A stretch of 64,000 nucleotides of DNA from the human T2T-CHM13v2.0 reference genome, Homo sapiens. Made by a program: the position numbers and the translations under genes. Below, in pieces: positions 38,480 to 61,368 of the stretch; the stretch's first letter is position 1; each line of letters starts with the position of its first letter. The notes under the pieces were generated by a model. That model saw only the letters and a program-made list of their open reading frames with translations. It did not search any database and was not told the DNA's origin. The stretch lies in NCBI RefSeq assembly GCF_009914755.1, contig NC_060934.1; one strand, 5' to 3'.

Positions 38480-40791
38480 TCAAAGAGAAAAAAAAAGTAT
38501 TAGTTGGGGAATGGGTGAAAAGTAACACATATTCCTTACTTTACTATTCCACTGTTTTAATATTAAACCATTATGATCTTAGTAAACGCAAACATGCTTA
38601 TTTTATATTGTGAGGATTGCTCACTGTTGAGTCTCTAGCACTTAGTATAGTGCCTGGCACATAGTAGAAGCTCAATAAGTGTCTGTCAAGAAATAAATGG
38701 AAAATAAGGTAATAAGCACTTAGCACAGGGTCTGGCTCAAAGTGCTCAATAAATGGATGCCAGATTGGAATTGAAATCTTGCTTATCAGAACCACAATGC
38801 AGATTGTTCTTTGAAGAGCTGTAAAGACAAAAACAGCTTTATCTTTTTGAGATCTAATATTTCCTTTTCTGGTTCTAGTGAATTACTCCTTCTTATGCCC
38901 TTGGAAATTGGTTGCATTATCTCTTAATGGAATCCCACCTTTAGCAACTAAGTCTCCATTCTAGTATGATTTCTACTTAATTGAATATATACAAATGACA
39001 TATGTCCATATAACTAATTCTATCTAAATAAATGACAAGATGTTTACACATAGAATTGTTTGAGGTTAGTTAAACTTTGCAGATTAATACTTGGGAGAAG
39101 GGAAGTACTTGCTTTTTTATCTTAAACCTTTTTGTGCTATTTGAATGTTCTAATCACATAAAACATCAAAGAGATTTATACAGGTGAAGAGATTATGAGA
39201 CATTGTAGCTTTCTTATTTTTACTTTTCTGTACTTAAAAAAGTGGGCTGGGTGCAGTAGCTCACACCTGTAATCTCAGCACTTTGGGAGGCTGAGGCAGG
39301 ATGATGTCCTGAGCCCAGGAGTTCAAGACCAGCCTGGACAACATACCAAGATCCTAACTCCACAAAAAATAAAAAAAAATTAGCCAGGTATGGTGGTGTG
39401 CGTCTGTGGTCCCAGCTACTCCGGAGGCTTGAGGTGAGAGAATAGCGTGAGCCTGAGAGATCAAGGATGCAATGAGCTGTGCCTGCGTCACTGTTCTCCA
39501 GCCTGGGCAACTTGAGAGCAAGACCTTGTCTCAAAACAAATAAAAATAAACAAAAAATATTTAAAACGACTATATATTTTAAATGTGGCAGTGGTACATT
39601 CAATACTAAATTAAACCCTCTTGAGCTTATTCCAAATATCTGGCAATATGTTCAATCAGGCGCAAAGCTGCTACCCCAAAACACAGACTATGGGGAACAA
39701 AAGGAAAATGTGGCTGGGCACAGTGACTCACGCCTGTGATCCCAGCATTTTGGGAGGCTCAGGTGGGAGGACTGCTTGAGGTCAGGAGTTTGAGACCAGC
39801 CTGGGCAACATGCAAGACCCCATCTCTATAAACAATAAAAAATTAGTAGGGCATGATGGTGCCTGCCTGTAGTCTCAGCTACTTGGTAAGCTGAGGTGAA
39901 AGGGTTGCTTGAGCCCAGGAGGTCAAGGCTGCAGTGAGTTATGATTGTACCACTACATCCTGCCTAGGCGAGACCCTGTCTTTGAAAAAAAAAAAAGGAA
40001 ATGAAAGAAAGGCAAAACACCATTTCTCCTTCTTGTCTTTACAGGATCCCAGTGACATTTTACTGCAACAAAACCAAACTGTATGAAGTTAAGCCCTGTC
40101 TCCAGGAGGCATGAAACCACCTCCACTTCTCGTGATGCTGGCTTCTTCTCAAAACAATCTCAAAGACAGCTCCCCGGATATTTTGAAAATTCAGCTTCTG
40201 TTTTTCTGAGAAAAATATATTAATAACTTCTGAATTCTCTGACATTGAATAAATTGAACAAGAGTGTTAGCTTTCATCTACTGGGAAATATTCAAAGCTA
40301 AGTCTACTAAATTGAATAAAACTTTTAATAAAATCTCTCTAGTCTAGTCTCATTTTTTAATCTTTAGAGTTTTTGTTTTGTTTAATAGTTTGTATCTTTC
40401 TCCTTTTCTTCTGAGACAGAGTCTTGCTTTGTCGCCAGGCTGGAGTCAGCTCACTGCAAACTCCACCTCCTGGGTTCAAGCGATTCTCATGCCTCAGCCT
40501 CCCGAGTAGCTGGGATTACAGGCACACGCCACCACAAGCAGCTAATTTTTGCATTTTTAGTAAAGACAGGGTTTCACCATATTAGCCAGTCTGGTCTTGA
40601 CCTCCTGACTTCATGATCCACCCGCCTCGGCCAGGAATTACAAAGTGCGGGGATTACAGGCGTGAACCACCGCGCCCGGCCTAGTTCGTATCTTTCCTAT
40701 ATTTAAACTCTTCTGCCTAATAGATTTGGCACACTTATACCTTTTATAAAAGTCAATAATGACTACTTAGTTGAAGGAAAAAAGAAATTAC

Positions 40792-40886
40792 TCGCTAAGC
40801 TTGTTGCCGAGTTCTTGAAGAGCTTGCTCTTGTTCATGATATATTTTTTTCAACTGCTGATTTTCATCCTGGAGGTTAAGGAACTC
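40792..40886 (-). CDS. RUFY2: RUFY2 exon: [31 protein letters not shown](E)
   Basis: 95 nt coiled-coil; canonical splice sites; phase-consistent. Confidence 0.94.
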
Positions 40887-41185
40887 CTTCAGAACAATAA
40901 AAGACAGAAAATGAAATTTAAAAGAAAGAAACAAGAAACTCCAGATTGTACATATACCATTAATTAGAAACAAACATCCTTTAGCTTTTTAAAAGAAACA
41001 AATTGTGTCCAAAGCTCTTTCCTAGCTGCTGTATCAACTATTTTCCATTTACTTAATCTCTTTACTGATATTTTTTAAGATGACTAGTATATCCATTTCC
41101 TTGGTATAATGTAAATTATGATTTATCTTTTTAAATAAGTTAACATTTGTCAAGACAGAATTTTTAAAGTTTTACCACTATTTAC

Positions 41186-41315
41186 TTTTTTAAGACTAAT
41201 GATTTGTTGAGTCTCATTTCTAAGATGAGATAAGGCATCTTTCTCCTTTTGAAGATCTTCCTGCAAAGTCTGCCTCCATTCCTTCTCAATCTTCAAGTCA
41301 GTTTCCAGTTGCACC
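41186..41315 (-). CDS. RUFY2: RUFY2 exon: [43 protein letters not shown]
   Basis: 130 nt; RUFY-family LKIEKEWRQ motif; canonical splice sites. Confidence 0.95.
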
Positions 41316-42456
41316 CTTGAATGACAAATAACACACAGAAGCTCAGTGCTATTTCTCACACGACAGTTGTTATGTATTCTTTACTAAAATCACCCTTTTG
41401 GTTTATTACTTTGGCCTTTGTAATGCATTTTTCAGACATTTTCTTTCACAAATATTTTTCAGTAAACAAGTTCAGCAGCACAGGGTTTTCCAGTCACAAA
41501 ATACTGACTCATTTGCCAGCCACGAAAAAATCCTTGCTAAACCATTTATACCATTAATTAATTTCATATACATAAATATTGCATAAGCATAGAAAATGCC
41601 TTGGAAAGGCACACACCATAATATTAAAACTGGTTACATCTTGGGAATGGAACTAAGAGGAGGAATGTAAGATTCTAATTGTCTTACACTTCTATGCCAT
41701 GTGAAAAATTTTACAACAAACTTTATTCCAATATAAGAATTACAGCAATTGCTAAATCAGTTTAACTTCAGTAACGGCAAAATCAGCCCTGTTGCAGAGT
41801 GCTAATTTGCAAACTACTGTTGGAAGCTGACCAATTACAGGAAAGACCTAAAACCAAGCAGACATTGGGGGAAAGTCCACACTGCCTGGAAATGCCAGTT
41901 CTGAAAGCATTCCTGCATTGTTCTTCTTTTTTTTTTTTCTGAGACAGGGTCTTGCTATGTTGCCAGGCTGGACTCAAACTCCTGGACTCAAACTCCTGGG
42001 CTCCTCCCACCTCAGCCTCTCAGCATCTGAGACTATAGGCCTGCCACCAAAACTCCTAAATTATTCTAACAGGTGCTACCTGGCAAAGCAAACATAGTTG
42101 AATTTCCACATTTTAAGTTGACTAAAAAAAAAACAAACACAAATCACTTCCATGATTATTGCTCATAAGCAGGTATAACAAGTGAGGCATTTATCTACTA
42201 ACAATACTACAGTTACTAATACTTTATATTTTAATTGCAACATTATAATGTTGAGTACATTATTTTAATATGTTTGTGTTAATATTTAGATTATTTTTTA
42301 TTATTTCCTCATAGTTAGCATTTCCACATACAGCCATATATTTTTCAGTGGAATAAATTTTAGATTTTGTAATTCAGGTTGAAGAGAAGAGTACCTGAAA
42401 ATGGAATTTACAAATTATTGATAAATACTATTTTACTACAAAGTTAAAATTTGAAC

Positions 42457-43031
42457 AGCATCTCTTCAACTAATGTTATTTCATTACAATGCTGACAAGA
42501 AAAAAAACTGATTCCCACTAGCACCACTGTCTGTGTGAAGTCTGCACATTCTCTCCATGTCTGTGTGAGTCTTCTCCAGGTACTCCAGTTTCCTCCCAGA
42601 TCCCAAAGATGTGCACGTTAGATGAACTGGCATTATCTACATTGTCCCAGCCTGAGTGTGGGTGTGTTTGGGTGCATCCTGTGACGGAATGGTGTCCTGT
42701 GGAAGACTGGTTCCTACTGGGTGCCTGAGCCACCAGGACAGGCTCCGGCCACCAGAGAGCCTGAACTGTAAAATTGGGCAAAGAATTAGCTTACTCGTTT
42801 TTATCCATCTTTCTTAAATGTATGCATAACTCACGTTTATTTCAATATTTAATATTAGAAGTGTTCTGGTCTTTAATTAGCAGTTTAGTGATGTTTTTGT
42901 GAACATAATTATGCAGTAGAAACTTAACTCTTCATATCAAGTAGCCTATGATAAAACTGGTTTCATTTAGCATCATTTCACTCAGTCAGAGTTTCCAAGA
43001 ACCGTTGATGCCATTAAGTGAGGACTTACTG
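42457..43031 (+). mobile_element. MER6-family (TcMar-Tigger) DNA transposon relic
   Basis: Internal CCACTGTCTGTGTG..CAGTTTCCTCCCA..CCCAAAGATGTGCACGTTAG and terminus TTAAGTGAGGACTTACTG match the recalled MER6 consensus. Confidence 0.75.
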
Positions 43032-43823
43032 TGTATGTTACATAATGTGAGGACTTACTGTGTATGTTACAAACACTGAAGTAACCAAAGCACACAGTAC
43101 CCTGTTGAATGGCCTCATCATCCAGAATCAGAAAAAAAGTGAATGAAAAAGCAAAGGAAAATTTTGTTTTTAAGTTATATAAATATATTGTAAGAATACA
43201 TGTTGAATACTAAAGGCAAAAACCACAAAAGGAAAAAGGGAAGATGTACTAAGTTTGGTGGCTCATGCCTGTAATCACAAAACTTTGGGAGGCCAAAGCG
43301 GGCAGATCTCTTGAGGCCAAGAGTTCAAGACCAGCCTCCCCAACATGGTGAAACCCCATCTCTACTAAAAATACAAAAATTAGCCGGGTGTGCTGGTGCC
43401 CACCCATAATTCCAGCTACTACTTGGAAGGCTGAGGCAGAAGAATTGCTTGGACCCGGGAGGCGGAGGTTGCAGTAAGCCAAGATCTCACTACTGCACTC
43501 TAGCCTGGGTGACTGAGCAAGAACTCCATCTCAAAAAAAAAAAAAAAAAAAAGAGAGAGAAAGAAAAAGGAAGATGTAAGTACATAAAGAATTAAAATGT
43601 CTAAATAAAAATCACTATAATCTAAATTTTAAGATAAACAATAAACTTAGAAAAAATTTTCAGGCTGGGCGCAGTGGCTTATGCCTGTAACTCCAGCACT
43701 TTGGGAGGCCGAGGCAGGTGGATCACTTGAGGTCAGGAGTTCGAGAACAGCCTGGCCAACATGGTGAAACCCTGTCTCTACTAAAAATACAAAAATAGCC
43801 AGACATGGTGGCACACACATTTA

Positions 43824-44102
<279 letters not shown>

Positions 44103-44257
44103 ATGGTTCATGCCTGTAATCCCAGCACTTTCAGAGGCCGAGGCGTGCAGATCACAAGGTCAGGAATTCGAGACCAGCCTGGCCAACATGGTGAAACCCT
44201 GTCTCTACTAAAAACACAAAAATTATCTGGGCGTGGTGGCGGGTGCCTGTAATCTCA

Positions 44258-44392
<135 letters not shown>

Positions 44393-44825
44393 TTACTGCA
44401 GAATATCAGATTTGTCTTACCTATGCTTTTGTCAAACACTAGAAAGGTAATTCAGTAACAGAGTACCAGAGTTTCAAGACTGTATTCTACTGACCAGCAA
44501 AGTATCCCAGTCGTGTTCTTCATGTGTTTCATTTGGCAAGGCACAGAGTCTTACACAACAAACCCAGTGCACCATTAATAAATCTGATGACTTAAATGCT
44601 CCTTGTAACTTAAAATTAAGAGGAATTATTTTTTTTCTGAATGTTTTGGGGTTTTTATTTTGTTCTGTTTTTAGAGACAGGAACTCACTCTGTCACCCAG
44701 TAGGCTGAAGTTTAGTGGCACAATCACAGCTCACAGCAATCTTGAACTCCTGGGCTCAAGCAATCCTTTTGCTTCATCTTGCCGAGCAGCTGGGGCTACA
44801 GGTGTGTGCCACAACACCCAGCTAA

Positions 44826-44984
44826 TTTTTTCTTTCTTTCCTTCTTTTCTTTTCTTTCTTTCTCTTTTCTTTCTTTCTCTCTCTCCCTCCCTCCCTGCTT
44901 TTTCTTTCTTTCTCTATCTCTCTCCCTCCCTCCCTCCCTCCCTCTCTCTCTCTCTCTCTTTCCTTCCTTTCTTTCTTTCTTTTT
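44826..44984. repeat. Polypyrimidine (CTTT/CCCT/CT)n tract in an AluJ linker
   Basis: ~160 nt almost purely C/T. Confidence 0.9.
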
Positions 44985-45571
44985 GTAGAGACAGGGTCTC
45001 ACTATGTTGCCCAGGCTGGTCTTAAACTCCTGGCGTCAAGCAATCCTCTCACCTTAGCCTCCTAAAGTGCTGGGATTACAACCATGTGCCACCACACCTG
45101 GCCCTGTTTTTGGCTTTGGGAGTGGATTTCAATTTCACAGTTTTCACAATGTAGAAATAATGTGGGTTGTCTTTTTTTTTTTTTTTTGAGACGGAGTCTC
45201 GCTCTGTCGCCCAGGCTGGAGTGAAGTGGCGTGACCTCAGCGCACTGCAACCTCCGCCTCCCGGGTTCAAGTAATTCTCCTGCCTCAGCCTTCTGAGTAG
45301 CTGGGATTACAGGCGCCTGCCACCATGCCCAGCTAATTTTTCTTTAATTTTTAGTAGAGATGGGGTTTCACCATGTTGGTCAGGCTGGTCTCGAACTCTT
45401 GACCTCATGATCCGCCTGCCTCAGCCTCCCAAAAGTGCTAGGATTACAGGCGTGAGCCACCAGGCCCAGCCTGTAGGTTTTTAACCACAGTAATACTTCC
45501 TGGCCTAAAGCCAGGGAATTCTACATATTAATTCCTCAAATTTCTCAAATTATTATATTTGAGAAATATTA

Positions 45572-45934
<363 letters not shown>

Positions 45935-46325
45935 TCAAAGAACAACATGGTGATGAGTTACCTCAGGTTTCTTTTTATCTCATATATAGCTCATATTGGG
46001 TGTTGATGAAGCCCTCAACCCATTAAATACTAATGGGCATAGACAAAAAAAGCCCCAAGTGGAGCTGTTCCCGGGCCAAAGGGCCAGGAAATAGCCTAGC
46101 AAGACAGAAAACTCTGGACAATAAATGCCCTATTCCAGCAAAACACCCGAGAAAAAACCCATGCCCCCGCAACAAACCTCAGTCAGCAAAGGCTGAGTGA
46201 GGAGCCTGGATTTCTACTCTTGCCTGGCAATGATGAGGTAAAGTTCTTGCACCCTGCTGTGGTAGTATCAGAAAATGCCAAGTGGGAGCCTGAACCTTCC
46301 TAACCCCCAGCAGTAATAAGGCATC

Positions 46326-47515
<1,190 letters not shown>

Positions 47516-47859
47516 CTATCCCTGGATCTAAGGGAAAAAAATAAAGACAAAAGAAAACAAAGTGTCTCTGAAGCAACCCCACTGGTAACAATGGAAGAGT
47601 AACCTGGGACTTGAATCCCCATGCAGCAGTAACAAGGCATTTCTTTTTTCTTTTTTTTTTTTTTTTTTTGAGACAGAGTCTTGCTGAAATAAAAATAAAT
47701 TAGCCAAGCATAGTGGTGTATGCCTGTAGTCCTAGCTACTCAGGAAGCTTGGGCAGAAGGATCACTTGAGTCCAGAAGTTCAGGTTCACAGTGAGCCAGG
47801 TAGGGCACATGCCACTGCCCTACAGCCTGGCCGACAGCAAGACCCTATCTCAAAACAAA

Positions 47860-51860
<4,001 letters not shown>

Positions 51861-52448
51861 GTATAAAGGCAGCTTAGCAACTTATACATCATACATGGCA
51901 TGTGGTCTTGTTTTAATGATCTGTTAATATAATATGTAACTATTTTCCATTGTTGTTTTCTTTTTTCTTTGGTTGTTTGTTCTTATTGTTGTTTTCTTTT
52001 AATAACAGAATTGGTGCATATTAACTGGGGGAAAATACTGATGTTTATAAAATAAAACTAAAATGCCCCTGTCAACCTCAACCTGCCAGCATTCACCTGA
52101 AATAACCACTCCCCAGAATCTGTATTCTTTAAAATCTTTTCTATCTATATATAAATATATATGCATGCATGGTTTTAATTTTATTTTTAAAATTGAATCA
52201 TATTTGGCATACTGTCTGCAACTTGCTTTTTTTCAGCACAACAACATATACTAACATCCTTCCTGGTTGGTGACATATAGATCATATAAAGTTCTAATAA
52301 AAATGTTCTCAGAAGCTGGGCATGGTGGCTCACTTCTGTAATCCCAACACTTTGAGAGTTGAGACGGGAGAATCACTTGAGTCCAGGAGTTAGAGATCAG
52401 TCTGAACAACACAGCAAGACTCCATTTCCACAATTTAAAAAAAATGTT

Positions 52449-52682
52449 AGGGAGCTAAATGATAAGAACTTACGAACACAGAGAAGGAAACAACAGATAC
52501 AGGTGTCTATTTGAGGGGGGAGGATGGGGGGAGGGAAAGGAGGAGAAAAGATAACTATTGGGTACTGGGCTTAATACCTGGGTGATAAAATAATATACAC
52601 AACAAACACCCATGACACGTGTTTACCTAGTAACAAGACTTCACATGTACCCCCAAACCTAAAATAAAAGTTAAAAAAAAAA
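52449..52682 (+). mobile_element. L1PA-type 3' end with poly(A)
   Basis: GGTACTGGGCTTAATACCTGGGTGAT...CACATGTACCCC..AACCTAAAATAAAAGTTAAAAAAA. Confidence 0.85.
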
Positions 52683-52995
52683 TTAGAGACAATTGGCCGG
52701 GTGTGGTGGCTCACACCTGTAATCCCAGCACTTTGGGAGGCTGAGGCAGGTGGATCACGAGGTCAGGAGATCAAGACCATCCTGGCTAACACAGTGAAAC
52801 CCCATCTCTACTAAAAATACAAAAAAAATTAGTTGGGTGTGGTGGCGAGTGCCTGTAGTCCCAGCTACTCAGGAGGCTGAGGCAGGAGAATGGCGTGAAC
52901 CCGGGAGGCGGAGCTTGCAGTGAGCCGAGATCACACCACTGCACTCCAGCCCAGGCGATAGAGCGAGACTCCATCTCAAAAAAAAAAAAAAATCA

Positions 52996-53479
<484 letters not shown>

Positions 53480-53638
53480 TTAGCCAGGCGTGGTGGCAGG
53501 CACCTGTAATCACAGCTACTCAGGGGGCTGAGGCAGGAGAATCGCTTGAACCCAGGAGGCAGAGGTTGCAGTGAGCTGAGGTCACATGCCATTGCATTCC
53601 AGCCTGGGCAACAAGAGTGAAACTTCATCTCAAAAAAA

Positions 53639-53703
<65 letters not shown>
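53639..53703. repeat. (TG)4-5(TA)~28 microsatellite in an Alu tail
   Basis: Directly visible. Confidence 0.95.
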
Positions 53704-53706
<3 letters not shown>

Positions 53707-54068
53707 TTCTCAGAAAACAGCATGTCCTTTAATAATATAAGTTTCTTGTAGTTACAAAAGCCTATACTCAGCACCTAGAAACATAATGACCATCAGATTA
53801 ATGTTAAACAACAGAAGAATGAATAAAACTCTCCTAGAGCAAGAAGACAGCAAAACAGAGTTGAAAGTACTCTGTAAATCATAAAGGGAGTAAAAACATA
53901 AGTATTATTACAATTATATTTTCTAAATTTTTTTGTTTTTTAAAGTAAACACTAAAAGCTAACTGGCATCATTAGATAAATAAAAATATTGGTATTCTAT
54001 CATTATGTGCAAAAAAATGAGGGGGTTATGTTAACACAAGTATTTGTTTCTGAGAGTGAAATACTCAC

Positions 54069-54188
54069 AGCTGTTTCTCCTTTTGGGAGATTTGTTTCTG
54101 CAGACTATCAGATTTACTGAGACATTCTTGTAGATATTTCTCATCCTCATCTTCAGCTTCCATTTGCGCCTTCTCTGCTTGCTGCAAT
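54069..54188 (-). CDS. RUFY2: RUFY2 exon: (R)[39 protein letters not shown](L)
   Basis: 120 nt; cag| acceptor; |gtgagt donor; phase 2-2. Confidence 0.94.
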
Positions 54189-55777
54189 CTGGTGTAATTC
54201 AAATCAACTTTGGGTAAAACTGAGGCTAGAACTAGGGTGTAAAAGGGTGAAGAAGACAAATAAAAGAAAAATGGGGAAATAGAAACATTTCTAAATGAAA
54301 ACAAAGTTTGGGGGAAAACTCACAAACTCAAACGTGAAAGAGCCACACAATGTCTAGAAGTTGTTTTGTGATTTTTTTTTTTCAATATAACATGTAGTAT
54401 GCCCAGAATACTATCTTCAAATTTGTTTTATTTCTTGTTCATAATTAACAGTGCAAAGCAATACAGCCTTTACCACTTATGCAGAGCATAACGAATCAAA
54501 TTTCAAAGCATAATAGGTATGTTACTACCTTTTTACAAAACCATGAAAAGCAAAGGATTTATGCCTACACTAGGTGAAGAAGCCACACTGTTATATGTTA
54601 TGCTAGGATGTGTATGCCAGGAATCAAGTGTGCTACAAGGCCAAGAGCAAAGACCTGCAATTACTCCAAATGATAGCCAAGTCCTTCTTACGGCATCTTT
54701 ATGCATTTACTAAATTATGCCGAAGCTCTGTGTGTGTGTGTGTGTGCACGTGTGCATATATGTTTAAGATTCAAAAAGAATTTGGTGCCAGTTGGCATCA
54801 TTTGCTAGAGATCATTTTTGTTCCTCACCATTTAATATTAAAAATTAGCTAAAACATTGTGATTTTCATCTTTCCTGTTTTTATTTGTAAGTCGTTGCAT
54901 TTTCCTGTGCTTAGCTCCACTCCCTGCCTTCTTTGGCCATCTAGGATTTCTTGTATTTAACTTCAATATTTTTATAAGAAAATATTTACCAAGATTCAAA
55001 GGATATTAACTCCTTGCAGGAAATCACAAGAGAAATTTCGGTTCAACTAACTAAAAAACTCTTCCTCTTCCTTTCTTCCTTAAAACCATACCAATGGAGC
55101 AACCCTCACATATTTCAGGGGTATAAATGCTGCTTCCAAGGAAGGGAGAGTAACATTTAAGTTATCTCCAAATCCAAGTTTAAATTAAAATATTCAGGTG
55201 CTGGGATTGGACCCAAGCTTTTCTCTAAGGTTACAAAAAGGAAAATAGAAGTCAGAGTGAGGTAGGCCTTGAAGTTGTGCTATCACAGAAGAGGGCAAGG
55301 GAGAACCGGAAAACTGAGAAGCTGAAGCACAGGGTGTTGGCCAGTCTGGGTTATAAATTATTTTAAAGCATATGTAAAAATCTGTAAGGGAGCCATTGGG
55401 CAAAGAGTGGGCCAATGAGAAAAAAATATCTGTGCCAACACAGTATAAAACTGAAGGTTAAGTTATTTTTAAACAATCTTTATATTTTTCATCAAAAAGT
55501 AGCTAAAAAGATAAAACTGCATTTGAAAATCCTGACCTCCAAAGGGTCAATACTCAAATCACCCTTTGTGCACAAGGTTTGAGGAACGTATGTCTGGAAA
55601 TCCAAGTGCACCCACTCTGCTTGATGGCAGTGTATTACCACAGCAGCTGACCAAGAAATGTACAGGGTTCCTAACATCCTTTTAGAATATTTAATAGCAT
55701 TTAGATTCCTTTCTATTTAATATATTATAAAATTGTTGATTCTCTTTTCATTTAGTCTGTTTAAATACAAGTGGTCT

Positions 55778-55886
55778 TCAGAAAGATATATCTTTAACCA
55801 GCTTGTACTGGTCCTGCGTGTCACTGCTGGCACATTTCACCAATGACATTGCAATTGTCCTAGTTTGAGTTAACAAATCGTTGTCA
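55778..55886 (-). CDS. RUFY2: RUFY2 putative alternative terminal exon: (S)DNDLLTQTRTIAMSLVKCASSDTQDQYKLVKDISF*
   Basis: AG acceptor (plus 55887-55888) after a long minus-strand pyrimidine tract; in phase with the upstream exon; open 36 codons to TGA; resembles the short RUFY3 tail. Confidence 0.75.
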
Positions 55887-56639
55887 CTTCATAATGGAAT
55901 GGAAAGAAATCAAAGACAGAAAAAGGTAATAAAAATGTCCAAAATGTAAAAATGGGGATAAAGAAAACAAAAAAGAAAAAAGAAGAAAGAGGATGTCAAT
56001 AAAAGAATATTCATGTCAATAAAGCATTAATAGTTATGTTTTTCATAAGTAGATTCAAAGAAAGCAATGATAAAAGACATATGTTGACACCAACATGACA
56101 GGGCAATGGAAATACATTACATTTTCCAACAATAAAAGTGAAAAATGCCAATATAAAACAATTCAATTTAAACAAAATTATATCCTCGGTTGGGTTGAGG
56201 GTCCTAGCTCAAAGAAACAAAACTAAACCACCAATTCGGAATGCTTGATTTCAGATAAACAGATGGTGAATGGCAAAGAATATGACAATTAATATGCATG
56301 GAAATCAATCAGGGATAATCTCACTCTGTTTGTTCATTTTTAATTTTTTTGACATTTTTATTTGTGTATTTGTTTTATGTAACTGAACGACATGAAACTG
56401 CTGATATTAGGCCTCTAAGAAAAATCTACAATATGACAACTTCAAATGAATCAGCGTAATATAAAGCAACTTGATTCCATGCAACAACCAAAGCAAAAAC
56501 GCAAAATCCTGCTGGGCTTAAACAAAAAACATGTCCTAATCTATGTCTTCCTAATGGTTTTTGTGGCAGGTGTAGGAACTGAATAAAGAAAAAGGGAAGA
56601 AGAAAAGAAAAAAAGAAACTAAGACTGGAAATGCTGTAC

Positions 56640-56737
56640 CTTTGTTCCAGCTGCCTCATGGCTGCAGTAATTTTATTGGTTTTTTCTTCTAGTCGGGCAA
56701 TTATTTCATTTTTTTCTTTCAAGCCATCTTCAGAACC
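56640..56737 (-). CDS. RUFY2: RUFY2 exon: [32 protein letters not shown](R)
   Basis: 98 nt; tag| acceptor; AG|gtacag donor. Confidence 0.94.
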
Positions 56738-56759
56738 CTATTTATAAAAACAAAAGCTA

Positions 56760-60987
<4,228 letters not shown>

Positions 60988-61013
60988 CTAATGTAATTTT
61001 TAATATAACCTAC

Positions 61014-61130
61014 CTGTCGTAACTGAGATTCATCTCGAAGCTGCCTTCTGGCTTCATTGTACATTTCATCTAGCCCCTGACGAGAATGCTTATATGTTTG
61101 AAGCTCAGTTTCCACATCTACTTTGGTAAC
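61014..61130 (-). CDS. RUFY2: RUFY2 exon: [39 protein letters not shown]
   Basis: 117 nt; RQGLDEMY family motif; canonical splice sites. Confidence 0.95.
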
Positions 61131-61266
61131 CTAGGAAGAAAACAAAATTTTTCATTCTATAATCACTACTATTAATACAGCATAGAAATACCTACTTCAT
61201 CCAAAAATCCCCAAAAATGGTAATTTCTGACATGAGATTGTCTGCTTGAAAGCAGTCTATACTTAC

Positions 61267-61368
61267 CTCTAGGTGCTGCTGTGTTTTCATTAAAATCAAT
61301 TTATTTTCACTTCGTAATTGATGATTTTCTTCCTGGAGTTTAATGATGTTATTCTTTGCTATTGCTAA
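61267..61368 (-). CDS. RUFY2: RUFY2 exon: [34 protein letters not shown]
   Basis: 102 nt; GAG|gtaagt donor; phase 0-0. Confidence 0.94.

Noticed and set aside
40060-40245. 61-aa ORF as an in-frame RUFY2 C-terminal extension
   Set aside because: That frame needs a phase-1 donor, but the upstream exon ends in phase 2.
56426-56639. Read-through of the RUFY2 exon into the intron ([11 protein letters not shown]...)
   Set aside because: U-rich intron translation with no family similarity; the exon at 55886 explains the region better.
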